Source: Lama glama
Lineage: Eukaryota
DNA length: 64,000 nt
NCBI GenBank assembly: GCA_028534125.1
Contig: CM052816.1
Coordinates: 2,296,001 to 2,360,000 of the forward strand
Direction: 5' to 3'
A program made the position numbers and the translations under genes. Shown here in pieces: positions 38,561 to 50,400 of the stretch (within the stretch, counting starts at the first letter, position 1; each line of letters starts with the position of its first letter). The notes beneath the pieces are model-generated. The model was not told the origin of the DNA, did not search any database, and saw only the letters and a program-made list of their open reading frames with translations.

Positions 38561-39469
38561 GTCACAGGACTTTTAACGTATATGCCAGAATAGGGCGTGA
38601 CTTTGAATATAAGATGTTCCCTCATTTTTTTAACCGAAAGTCTTCTGTCTTAGGACCAAGTTTTCCATATACATATTTCTAGATACCAGTGAATTATCAA
38701 CCGTCTTAACAGTGTTTCACATGTTAACATACATAAGTAAACATATTTAAAAACTACATATGTAATTTATAACATTTATAAATATAACTTCTTCCACTAT
38801 CAGTGTTTATACTTTTGTTCAAACTTACTGCAGCCGTCTTTGAGATCAGTGGTTTTCTGTTTTGTTTGTTTTTTTTAAATCAAAGCCAGGGCCATTTTTA
38901 GTGCCACCATATTCTCTTCTGTCTTTATCATGTAAGATCTTCTTTTTGAATCTGTGCATAATGCTGCTTTCCCTGGAAATTTTATCAAAGCCCTAACCGA
39001 CCATTGGCTGTATTGAAATCTCTAAACATAACCAATTCTAGCAGAGTTTTTAAAACTGATCTTTGAAGGGCTTGTTTTGAAGAACGGTGGTGGTGGTGGG
39101 AGGCCTAGGGAAAATGACGGCATTTAAGTAAATTTCCTCGGAAACATGACCACATTTATGTAAGTTTTCTGTCTCCCTTGTTGTTTCTACCTCTCTGGGT
39201 GACCTCTTGAGCATCACTAGACCACCCCTGGATTCTTGCTGTTTTGTGCCCCAAACAGTACTTACTTTAAAAATAACGTAATTGGGAAGCACCTTGTCAT
39301 AAGAGAAACATTAAAATTATTCAAATATGTAACCAGGGAACCTTTTTGTTTTAGAAGGACATTCTTTCATATGTGTTAGCACATCATTCCAACTTTGCTG
39401 TCGGTGGGTCATATACTGTGTGTCATCCTTGGTGTGAGCTGCCTACAGACCCTACTGACCACATAGTAC

Positions 39470-39805
39470 TTTTTTGTAAGCTAATATATGTATATTTTGT
39501 AACTGAAGTACAGTCAGTTACAATGTGTCCATTTCTGCTGTACAGCACAATGTTCCAGTCGTGCATGTACATACATATATTCATTTTCATATTCTTTTTC
39601 ATTAAAGATTATTACAAGATGTTGAATATAGTCCCTGTGCTATACAGAAGAAATTCATTTTTTTAATCTATTTTTATATATGGTGGCTAAAACTTGCAAA
39701 TCTCAAACTCCCAAATGTATCCCTTCCTGCCTCCCGTTTCCCCTAGTAACCTATATGATGGAATACTACTCAGCCATAAAAAGAATTAAATAATGCCATG
39801 TGCAG
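39470..39805 (-). mobile_element. 5'-truncated lineage L1 with inverted ORF2-end segment
   Basis: About 39470-39751 is an antisense L1 3' UTR. 39752-39805 on the + strand reads atggaatactactcagccataaaaagaa (MEYYSAIK, L1 ORF2 C-terminus). Approximate TSD atagta(c)ttttt at 39463 and 39806. Confidence 0.88.
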
Positions 39806-40714
39806 ATAGTATTTTTGATTTAAAGAACCTTTCAAGTGGACCCTGTATTCTTCATGGCACTGAAAGTGCAGGTGGAAACCATCCCATTGATGTCAGACTA
39901 GAGGATTTCTGCCTAACCTCTCAACAGCGAGGGGGTATAGACAGAAGCTGGGACTCTCTAAATAGTGGGCAGAAACAACAACAGAACAGACTTCCCCTTG
40001 TACCCACTGCTCTTCAGGCTCCAAGCGTAACTGTTCATCTTTTTCCTGTTAACATGTCTGTGGTTCACTTCTCTGTATCATGAGTGGAAGGTCTGACCTG
40101 CCGGGCAGAGCCACCTGGGATCAACCTTGGTGGTTAGTGTCAGGAAGTGTCAGGAAGCTGAATTTAACTCCAGAGAGCATGGAGTTAAATTCAGCCTTTG
40201 TTTAGTGCCAAAAATACATTCACTCTGCACAGCATAAGGCTTTCCCAGTCATTTCACATATGTGCATAGTTTCCTTTTAGTGTTAACTGACTTTCTGAAT
40301 ATTCACTGAGGCCAAGCCGATTATCTGAGTTTATTGGGAGGTTTGGGTGGAGGAAAGCATCCCTGGAGAATCTGTTCTGAGCAAGCTTGTATGTCTTGTC
40401 CTTCTCCAATTTCTTCAAGCCTAGAAAAGTGAAACACGTACCCTGCTTAGCTCAGAAGACGTAAGAGGACCATCTAAAGGCACGGAAATTTTGCTTGTTA
40501 AAATTATTAGCATCAAAGCTGAAAAAAATCACTGTGACTTGTCAGAAAGTTAAATGTCAGGGACCAAAGTACAGGCCTGGCCGTTGAGCCTCTGTGCATC
40601 TCAGCTTTGTCTCACGTCTGTTTAATTAAGTGAATTTACCTCAATGCAGTCCATTCAGTTGACCAAGCCTTTTCCACTCTGTTCTCTCTTACTAACCTGT
40701 GAGGGGCGGAAGGA

Positions 40715-40825
40715 CAAGTGTTTTTAGCCCCATTTTTAGGTATAAAAAATGAGGTTTGGAGAGAGGAGACGTGGTGCATGTAAAGTCATTTAGGTCGGGT
40801 GTCTGAACCGTATGACTCCAAGTAA
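40715..40825 (-). mobile_element. MIR fragment
   Basis: agccccatttttaggtataaaaaatgaggtttggagagg...tctgaaccgtatgactccaa. Confidence 0.55.
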
Positions 40826-41039
40826 TTGGCTATGCTCTTTGGTATTTTTACACCTACAAATGGACTTACAGTACTTTTACTCCGTTTTTTTAGCTTTCTG
40901 CTGGAATTTCCATGATTCACTAATTAGATCGGGGGCTTCTAGAGTCTTAGGCGGCCTCTCTAGCATTTCATTATTCTTCGCACTTTTATTTTATTCATAC
41001 CACTTACCACCAGTTGGTATGATCTGGATTTTTTTTTTT

Positions 41040-41215
41040 GTTGCTTACTTGTGCATTGTCTGTGTCTCTTGCTAGAATATAAGCTCCTTCAAGGCAGGGT
41101 CCTTGTCTGACTCGTTCCCACCGCTGTATTCTCAGGGTCTAGTACAGTGCCTAGCACAGAGTGGGAACCCTCAAGAAGTACTAGTCAAATTAATGAATGG
41201 GAGAATGCATGAAGA
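41040..41215 (+). mobile_element. L2 3' end
   Basis: ctagaatataagctccttcaaggcagggtccttgtctg...tctagtacagtgcctagcacagagtgg...taatgaatgg. Confidence 0.85.
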
Positions 41216-41335
41216 AATTTACAACCAGATTTTTCAGTCATTTTCTTCATACATTCTTCGATGTGTGATTGATTTGCTTACATAACCAGAACAGATCATA
41301 TATACATGGATTAACTATTTTGTAAGTAGACTTCC

Positions 41336-41418
41336 ATATATATATATTTTATATATATATATTTTATATATATATATTTATATATATATTTATATATATT
41401 TTATATATATATATATAT
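41336..41418. repeat. Imperfect (TA)n microsatellite, about 83 bp
   Basis: atatatatatattttatatatatat... directly visible. Confidence 0.95.
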
Positions 41419-44400
41419 GGCATCACATTTTGCATACGTATAAAAATCATTCTGCAACATCAGCATAGTAGTCTGCAGGCTCCTTCTGAATTCTTTAAGG
41501 TCATCAATCTCTGAGAAGACTTTCAAGGAAAGGGTGAGATAGTGTCGCATGTTTGATTCCCTGGTCCTCCAATATGTGATCTGTTTTTTTTTTTTAAAAA
41601 AAGTGTCACAGACATCATTGTTTTGACTTGTTCACATCCTTGTCTTTCTGTTGACAAAAGAATAAGGAGCTTTTCTTCATGTCTGAGTAGATCAAAGTCC
41701 GACGGAAAAGTCAAGTGCTGTTTGACCACTGGTGAAGTGGAGTCTTGGAACTGAAGGGCATTTTCTTCATCCTGTCTTTTTGTGAGAGCCCAGCTTAAGA
41801 GCAGGACATCTGTTGGTCGTCAGAGTGTTGGGAAACCTTATCGGGACTGGAGGGTCATTTTCCCACGGTCCAGATCAGGGAGAGACTTGGCGGGTCCACC
41901 TGAGTTGACTGCCCCCTCCACACTCTCATGTCTGGTGCCTGTGGGAATTTATGAGGACCTTCCCTCAGCCATAGGACATCTGTGGTCTCTCCGTTCTGCC
42001 TTTAAATCTCAGTCCCCTGGAAGCACTTGAGGAGATAAGATGTGTCAGGCATTGCTGCATTCAGTGATCTTATGCTTGGTGGGTTTGGAGGCAAAATCAC
42101 CATCATCAGAGTCAATGGGAGGGAAATACTTGAAAGATGATGGTGATCAGGGACAAGATGAAGCCCTGCTTTGGACAGATCTCTGCTGTGTTCCTGGCAC
42201 AGTGAGGTGTTCCAGTCGCTGTTTGCTGCCTGACTGGCTGACAATGAATGAATGTGTGAACTGCTTTGCTCCAGTCCTGCAGTTATCATCCAGGACGGCA
42301 CCACTGTATCAACGGCATATCCCAGTTCATTCAAAACAAAAGCAACCAGGTTGTATAAGGGGGTTGTGCTCTAAACTTTGCTTGGGGCTTATGTTAGAAT
42401 TCAAATAAAAGAGGTGTTTTTTTTTTCAGACCTTCCTAAAAAGGCACTTAACTGTTGGTGAAAAGCAAGAAAGGGCTAGTTGTCCATTGATGCTAAATGT
42501 AATAAGTAGAGTAAAAAGTAAAATATATTAATTCTGCTTTCTTAACTGCAGCTAATTAAGGGTGGCTCTTTCAAAACAGACCTAATTTAATCTGCTAATA
42601 CAAGTGTTCAATTAAAGTTGTTCCCACCGCTTTCTTCTCCTCGGAACACTTCTTCGTATACTAATATATGATGCATTCATGGTGTGAACCCTCCTAAGGG
42701 TCTAGGTTGTAATGGAAAAGTGGTTTCAGGACTTGATAATTGCAGAAATTAAATAATAGATACGTAAATGGAGAGCTGAGCATAAATTGCGCACCGTGAT
42801 GCTGTTAAGGATTGAGTTCCTTTGTCCTGATACCTCTCAGCCAATCAGAATAAAGTGCCTCCCGTTTCATCCTATCCTACTTAGAATAGTTTACTGCATT
42901 ATTAAGTACATATTACAAGAAGCACATTGTTGTTTAAGACTCATTGATTTAAGCAGAACTATTCTTATGAAGTTTCGTAGGCTTTTACATAAAAAAGAGA
43001 ACAGGCCATAAAAAATTATAAAACCTTAATGTAATATAACAGCCTATAATATAATCTAATATCCTCCCATTTTCTAAAGAAGCCACCAAAAAATTATAAT
43101 GAGTTTATTAGAACCACTATTTGTGACTTCTGGGATGTCAGGTCTAATTAGACTTAATGGATTTAGGTATTTCTTTAATGAAATCTGTAGCTTAATTCAC
43201 CAGGGTTATATTCCTTGTCCTCCTGCCCTTAAAGTGATTTTACTTTATTTTTATTTGGGGCGGCATTAAAAAGAAATGAAAGACCGTGAATCTGCCTCAT
43301 CCCCAGATGGATAGAGTGAAAAATACAGTACTTATTATGAAGTTAATGTGAATTACCATGTAATTACCACTGGCTGCACTGTAATGATTATTTAGTTACC
43401 ACTGAGCATCTCTGCCAAATAACACACATTATTTCATAGGAAGCATAGAATTAACTCAAGTCATCCCGGAACTCACGGAGGGAGTATATTCCCGATCTCT
43501 TTCCTTAAGTGTAGGCGCTGCTAATGTTAACGTCTAAATAATCAAGCTTGGAGCAGGCTGACAGCAGAGCAGGGTATGAGTTTACATGATTTGATTTGCT
43601 GATGTTTTAAACACTTAGCAGGAGACAGCTAGAGAAGCCAATTAAATCTCTCCAAGGTACGTAGAGTTATCTCCTTTGTGAGAAACAATTTAAGGGAATT
43701 GCATTGGCCCTTTAACTGGAGGGGGAAAGAACATTAGGAATGAAATTTCAGATGCAAAGTGCTGATCAATCGTGCCTCCTTTTGTGTTTTTCACCTTCGC
43801 GTTGTTTGGGCTGCTGCTGTTTTAAAGGCTTTGCACTTTTATTTTGCAAGCACAGGGTTATGTTAAACTTTTCTCCGTGACAATGTTCCTTTGGCTATTG
43901 ATTATGATGTGCCTTTAAACAAGGCACGGTGTCTCAAAGAGTAAAACAAAAACAAAACATGTCAGTACCTTCCGTCCCTCTCAGATACTGCATCTTATTT
44001 AGTGTACCGGAATTCCCAGTTTAAAGTAATCACAAAATTTATGGAGAAACGGATAAAAAAGGTTGTAAAATATTGATTTGGGGAAAATAATAACACAACT
44101 CATCTATAATAAGAAGAAAAATGAAGCAATAATTCAGGGGGTATCGAGCGGTTTGCTGCTGGGAGTATTGATCCAGCCCTTTACGGTATAAGATCGCACC
44201 TGAGATTGCTCCGAAAGAAAGAACAGCATTCCTCCGCTCATTATTTCTCAGATACTATCGCCTTGTTACACGGGCCCTGCAGAGTCGGGATGGTTGCAGC
44301 TGGGAGAGTGGGACCCGCAATCATAATAATAAATAAATAAGTAGCTCAGAAATCTATATTGCCTTTAAGCCACTGTGCCTGGTCTTAATAACACATTGGC

Positions 44401-44959
44401 TCTGATTTTATACGTTCTTCATTGCCTCGTAGTAGCTAATGACAGTTCCAATGCTGTGTGGTTCGTTTAGGGACCAAACAGATCCTCATCTTGTATGATG
44501 GGCTCTCGTGGTTGGAAGGAATTCTTGTCTTGACCCAAGACGTTTGCATCTCTTGTGTGTTTTCTTAAGTCACTAAGCTGAAAACGAAACGTTCATGCCA
44601 CTTTGCTTTGATACGGCATCGTTTTATATTTTAAGACAACTTTTAGACTAGGCAGTAATATTCATTGTTTCTGAGCAAAAATCTTTAACATGGCCTGAGA
44701 CTTTGAAATTCATGTTCACAAACTATGAATGTATGAATTTCTCTATAATTTCTAAGGTGTTAGTATATTAACTCACAGTGACTCCTTAAAATTGTAGAAT
44801 GTACTTCACTGATGAAGAAGTCTGGGTTCTTTTAGACTTGAAGATTATCCTATCAATAGTGAATATTTTGCTCTCATTTTATTTTATTTTTTATTTTTTT
44901 TTGGAGGTGAGGGTACAATAATATTCAAATTCCAGTTTTATAAAAAAAAAAAGTTTTGC

Positions 44960-45150
44960 TACCAATTACATTCCAGGCACCTTCTGGGCTCTGTGACTCA
45001 GAGAAGTCAGATTCTTGCCCTCAAGACACTTCTCTTCTAGTGAGGGAAGAAAGGCAACAGAGAAGTTACAAAGTAAACAATGTAACTGTCAGATTGGTAA
45101 CAGTGTTGTGAAAGGAGTAAGAGGGTTGACCTGGTAGAGAATAATGGGTA
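44960..45150 (-). mobile_element. L2 fragment
   Basis: ttccaggcaccttctgggctctg...ttcttgccctcaagacacttctcttctagtgaggg. Confidence 0.6.
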
Positions 45151-46649
45151 CAGGTGGGTTACCCCCAGTTATTTAAAGATAACTGCTATTACCTTTAAGT
45201 AGCAATGAGTACAATCGAGTCAGAACAGCATATAAATGGAAAGTACTTCAAGTCTGCACAGCATCACCCAGACAAGCTTTTGTTTCTAAGCATCTTTGGC
45301 TTTTCCCCGGTGCAAAAGCCATGCTGTCATTTGCCCAGAAGCTTCACGTTCCCTCCCCCATCCCCCAGCCACTCTGTGATCATTATCTAGAAATATGAGC
45401 CATACCGGCTGACTATGTTCTCAGCAGATCAAGCTTCCTGAAATTTCAATAAGCATTGATCCATGTCATTGCACCAGATCCTTGAAATTGTTGTTTCTGT
45501 AATATTTGTCCCTCCATTTCTGGCTCTAAAAGACGAAAAAAAAAAAAAAAAAGGTCCATGGAACAAGAGGCCAAAGCCTGGTGTCAATAAAGGTGGCTGG
45601 AGAAGCAGAAGGAATAAAACGTCTCACCATCAGGTCTAAAATAGCTTTCAATAAACTGCAGGGCATACCCCTCCTTCTTTACCCGCAAAGATTGAAAGTC
45701 ATCACTGAGCCTTAAACTCTGAATATTGAAATTGCGAGATGTATGGAACATTTAGTGGAGACGTTGGTGAAGTGCAGAAGTCGCTTTAACTTTGTCTTTT
45801 AATTTTAAAGATTTATTGGCTGCAAGGAAAGAGAATATTTATAAGCGTTCTTAGGTATTCACAAAACATGTAGTTGCCAAACAGTGCAAAGAATGGAAAG
45901 AAATCATCATTAGGAAGCTGGATGATTCAGGAAATGTGGTGATAAATATGGGAGTGACAACATATTATCTCAGCTCCTTCGAGCTCCACATTTTTGAGTC
46001 ATGATTATCAAGTGTGTCACCACAGGGAATATGCTAAGTCAGTTTGGAGCTAAAGGAATTTTCGTTTTAAAAGAATAACCAGGCAATGTTTGGGAAGTAC
46101 AAATACAATAAATGATGTCAAGTCATCTTAGCTTGAATAAATACATATTGTATAATTGCTCCTACCCTCTAATTTCTTATAATGAAAGGGAAGTGGCACG
46201 CAACAAGAAAGCGATTAATTGCAACAATGATTACTTAGCTTCCGTAGTGCCTGAATTAAAAAGAACATTAAGATTACTTTTTCTAATAGATCATACTTTT
46301 TTTTTTTTCCAATCACGGGTGCTTTTAAATGGCAGGGGCATTTGAATTGTTTTAGAACGCTATTTATTTGCTTGTTGGCAAACAGCTTGTAGAAGTGAAC
46401 TGCTGCTTGGTTGGTGGCGGTGTCCCAAATTCATGGAGATAAATGTCATATTGCAGCTCATCTCTATTATAAGCCTTCTCTGCTGTGTGCTTCTTTTAAT
46501 TTTAGACAAATTCTTTTAATCTGAAAAGCAAACTTGTGGCTGTCACTGTGATTTTCTCGTGTGTGCTGGTTGTCTCTCAGCAACACAGAGCCTTGAGCAT
46601 AGCGGTAGCCGGTGGATAGTGAATGAATGAGTGGATAAGAGCCCTGCTC

Positions 46650-47435
46650 TCTGGCCTTTGACAGGTTACTTCACTACTTAAAATTCTATTTTCTTAGCTG
46701 AATAATGGGGGAAATAAACATATCTTCTTCACTAGTTTGTTGTGATGATTAAAACAGACAATATGAGTAAAACACTTAGCACATTACAAATGGGGCACAT
46801 TAAGGACGCAAGAAAGGGTAGTTCTTACAACTGATGGCCTTAAGTTGTTCTCGGTCTGTGAATTGATTATCTGACAGTCTATTTCTGTTTGGTTTACCAG
46901 AGTATTTCCAGTGCCTAGGACGATGTCTGGCCCAGAGTAGATGTTCAAAAAGTGTTTGTTGATGGAATGAATCCCTGATTCTTATTAAAAATAACAACGT
47001 CTATCGCTGCTCACGCTAAAAAGGCACTTACTCTGCACCACTCACTCTTTTAAGCATATGATATATTTTCAGGCATCTATTTATTCTTTAAAAAATAAAA
47101 AGCCCCAGCACTGTGAGACAAGCACTATTATTATCACTACGTTCCACCTGAAGACACTGAGTCAAAGAGGAGTTGAGATTTTGATCAAGATCATGCAGCT
47201 GGAAGCTGGCAGAGCCAGGACCTGAGCACAGGCAGACTGGCCCCAGAGCCCTGAGCACTGGCATTATATTCAGTCTTTAGGCAAAAAGGTTGAGTGAATG
47301 TTGGTACCGTGCCCTGCTCACTCATTCACCCATTCATTCAGCAGGTATCTACTGCTCGCCATCCAGCCTCCAGTTACTGGAGATACCACGTATGAGATGG
47401 GCACAGCCCTGCCCTCAAGGAGATCACAGTCTAAT
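46650..47435. mobile_element. Cluster of MIR and L2 fragments (MIR +, L2 3' end +, MIR -, L2 3' end -)
   Basis: ttgtgatgattaaaacag...aaaacacttagcaca; ccagtgcctaggacgatgtctggcccagagtagatgttcaaaaagtgtttgttgatggaatgaat; gaagacactgagtcaaagagg...gcagagccagga; cattcattcagcaggtatctactg...cctgccctcaaggagatcacagtcta. Confidence 0.7.
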
Positions 47436-50400
47436 GGATCTAATTATCTCCAGTTTCCATTCATCGCGTACTTTCCTCGGTGACCATGAGCATGAGAGAC
47501 ACTTAGCAGTCTTGCTGCGGTAGAAGGCAGGCTATTCAGGTGCAGAAATGACAGTGAAAAGGAGACAGTCAGGGAGGCACAGGGATGGTTACTATGGGTT
47601 ACCCGGCACACATCCTGCCTCCTCTTTAGAAAACACAGGATGCACGCCTTCTGGAGCCCAGGATGCTACTGAGGCCACTTCCTGCTTTCAAATTCTGTGA
47701 GCAGACGTGTGGCCTTGCCGTCTGTATGCCAACCTCTGGGTCAGAGCTGAGCAAAGCATTGCTCCAGCCTCGCCATGAGAAGACAAGCTTCTGGCTTCGG
47801 CTCATGGAGGAGGGTGATGGAGCATCGGGGAAGAGCCTACTTTATTTTCTTTTCTGAGCATCGGAAGTCATGTTTTTTACAGAAAAGTCCCACCAACTGT
47901 TTTTTTGTTTGTTTGTTTTTGTTTTTTTTTTTTTAATGTCTAGAACCTCAACCTCAAGGCCACAGGACTTAGTGGACAATACATGCCTACCTTTCAAATC
48001 TGTGGCAGAATATTGTAAGACTTTGCATCAGTGTTCAAACTATGTTGCATGCATAAATTTTACTCCACTCTGCCCATTTCTTCTCTTTGGACTTGCCCTC
48101 TTCCTGACTTGGTTCATTCATTCCTTATTTTCTTTGTTTACCAAATATTTATTGGGGAATAAAAGAAAAAATAGGCAGCCAGAAGGACAGAGTTTGCATT
48201 TTGATCACCTCCAGCACAATGCCTAGTAGAGAGTGAGAAGTCCAGTAATGGTTGTTGAATGGACAGATTGATGGATGGGTGAACAAGAAGAAAATTAGAA
48301 AACCATTATGTTCATACTTAAAGAGATTATTTTTAATTAGGAATGAGTTCAAGCAAAATATTCAAAGTACCTCCTGAAGAAGGAATATGTCATTCAATAA
48401 AAAAAGAACAAAAAAAAATATAGTAAAACCAAATCAAATTTGCCCTAGCAGAGTTCGGTGATTTTTTTTTTTTCCCAAAACAAATCCATTGATCTAGAAT
48501 CTCCCAGTTCTGTCTGCCTCTGCCTGGGGTCACCAGTCAAGATGACTGATTGTCTTAGGAAAGGGTCTGTTGCATATCTCATAAACAGAAAAAACTCTCT
48601 CACACTTGGTCAGAAGGCAGCCCAAACGCTGGGTCTTCAGAGGCTGGGAAAGTTGAGCTGTGGCTGAGATCTGGCCGAAGGGAGAGAGCCTGTCATGATG
48701 AGAGCCTGGATCCGAGGGGCTCGGCCGTGAGTGGGGACTGGGTGACCCCCCCTCGAGGGCACAGCACCCTCAGGAAGTTGGGACTCTGGGACAACTCCGA
48801 TCCTTACTAAGGTTTGCTGCTAAGTTTTCTAAGCTGTTAAAGTACCATAGACGTTTTGGCCAGGTTAGAAATTTCAGGAGAAGAGCCTTAAAAAAAAAAA
48901 AAAGAAAGATTTCACACTTTGCTTTTTTCAATAGAAAAGCCACCAGCTGTCTTGAGCTATGCTCTTTCGTTTAGAATCTTTCACCAGACTATGGTTTGAA
49001 TATATGGGGGTCTAGTGTTCATTCCTACTGGTAGACCCTGTCCCAAATTCCCTCATCAGTCTTGCAGATTCTCCCAACATCCCTCCGCACAGCCATTTTC
49101 CAGGAGGTCCCTCCCCGTCCTCCCTGCCTCCCTTACGGATGTGCTGCGCTGAGCTGACGCGGTGCCCTCGCTTTGTGCTGGCCCTTGTTCCAGGTCCCTC
49201 AGAAGCCCCAGGCTTCCCAGAGATCCCGCGAGGATTCCAGGTCCATCAGACGTCTCAAAATGCCCTCTCCATCCCTGTCCTTCCTCTTGCCTTTAGGCCT
49301 TCGGCTAACTAGTCCCATGAATGGTTTAGGAGTTCGAATATAAAATGAACTTCCTAAAGCCGACTCAAGTCTGCCGCTCCCTTGAGTTTCATTCTCTGCC
49401 TTTCACTGAACGCCAGCTACGTGCAAAGTGCGCTGCAAAGGCCCGGGGATACAAAATAGGACTCAGGTGCTCAGCAGAATTAAAGAGAGGGCCGGCCATG
49501 TTGGCATACGATGCTAATGAAAGTGACAAAATGCTCTGGCAGAAATCTGGGTAAATGGCTGGGCGGAGGGCAGCCCAGCCTGAGTCCAGGGAACTCGGGA
49601 GCCAGGAAAGTTTTCGCCGAGGGGACTGAGGGTGTAGGATTCCTTTGAATTCTAGTCTCCTGCTTTCTCCCCATGTTATTGAGCTCCAGCGTCTTAAAAA
49701 TGGGGAAAATACATATTATGAGAAACTGACTCACTCATCTCTCTGTCTTTACTTTTAGCTCCTGGAATATGTTCCACACTATTCCAGAATCTACATACAA
49801 ACAATTTCTCAGCCTCATCGTTTGTACTGTTCCTTTCTGCCCTCCTGTTCCGTGCCACCTTCCCTCCCCCGGCAAGAGATCTAGGGCATTTGGGTTATTT
49901 TTATTTCATTCATCCTGTTATGGGAAATCCTGAACATTCACTTGAACTCAGTTTTGAGCAAGAACAATTACCTGCATCGAAGTGAGAGGAGTTTTTCCTA
50001 CCTTCGTCTGGTGTCATGCAGACACTTTCTCAATGAGAAATAGGAGCCAAATATTTGAGGATCCTTGTCAGGTAAAAAGGATGGTGTTTTGGATCTGGTG
50101 TCACAGATGTGGAAACAAGGCTGATGTGGGAGGCAGAGGTGGGAGGGTTTTCATGGAGCAATGTTTGAAAGAATAAGTGAGTGAAAGAAGGACACTTCCG
50201 CCTTGGTTTGTGCGTCAGCCTCCTTCTCATTTACGTCTCTCTCAAGACGCCCCTCTGTGGAGTCCCCTCCAGCCAGGTCATTGCAGGTTTTGAGCATTTT
50301 GCAGCATCATTTGATGAGCAGCATCCTTTCAATCAGACTGGATCGTCCATCAAACCATTGGGACGGAGATACAGGTGAGGTCTGTGCTCAGTGAACAGTC

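Noticed and set aside
50287..50380. Possible cryptic exon ending in CAG|gtgagg
   Set aside because: The upstream acceptors lack a good pyrimidine tract and the peptide is not EBF-like.
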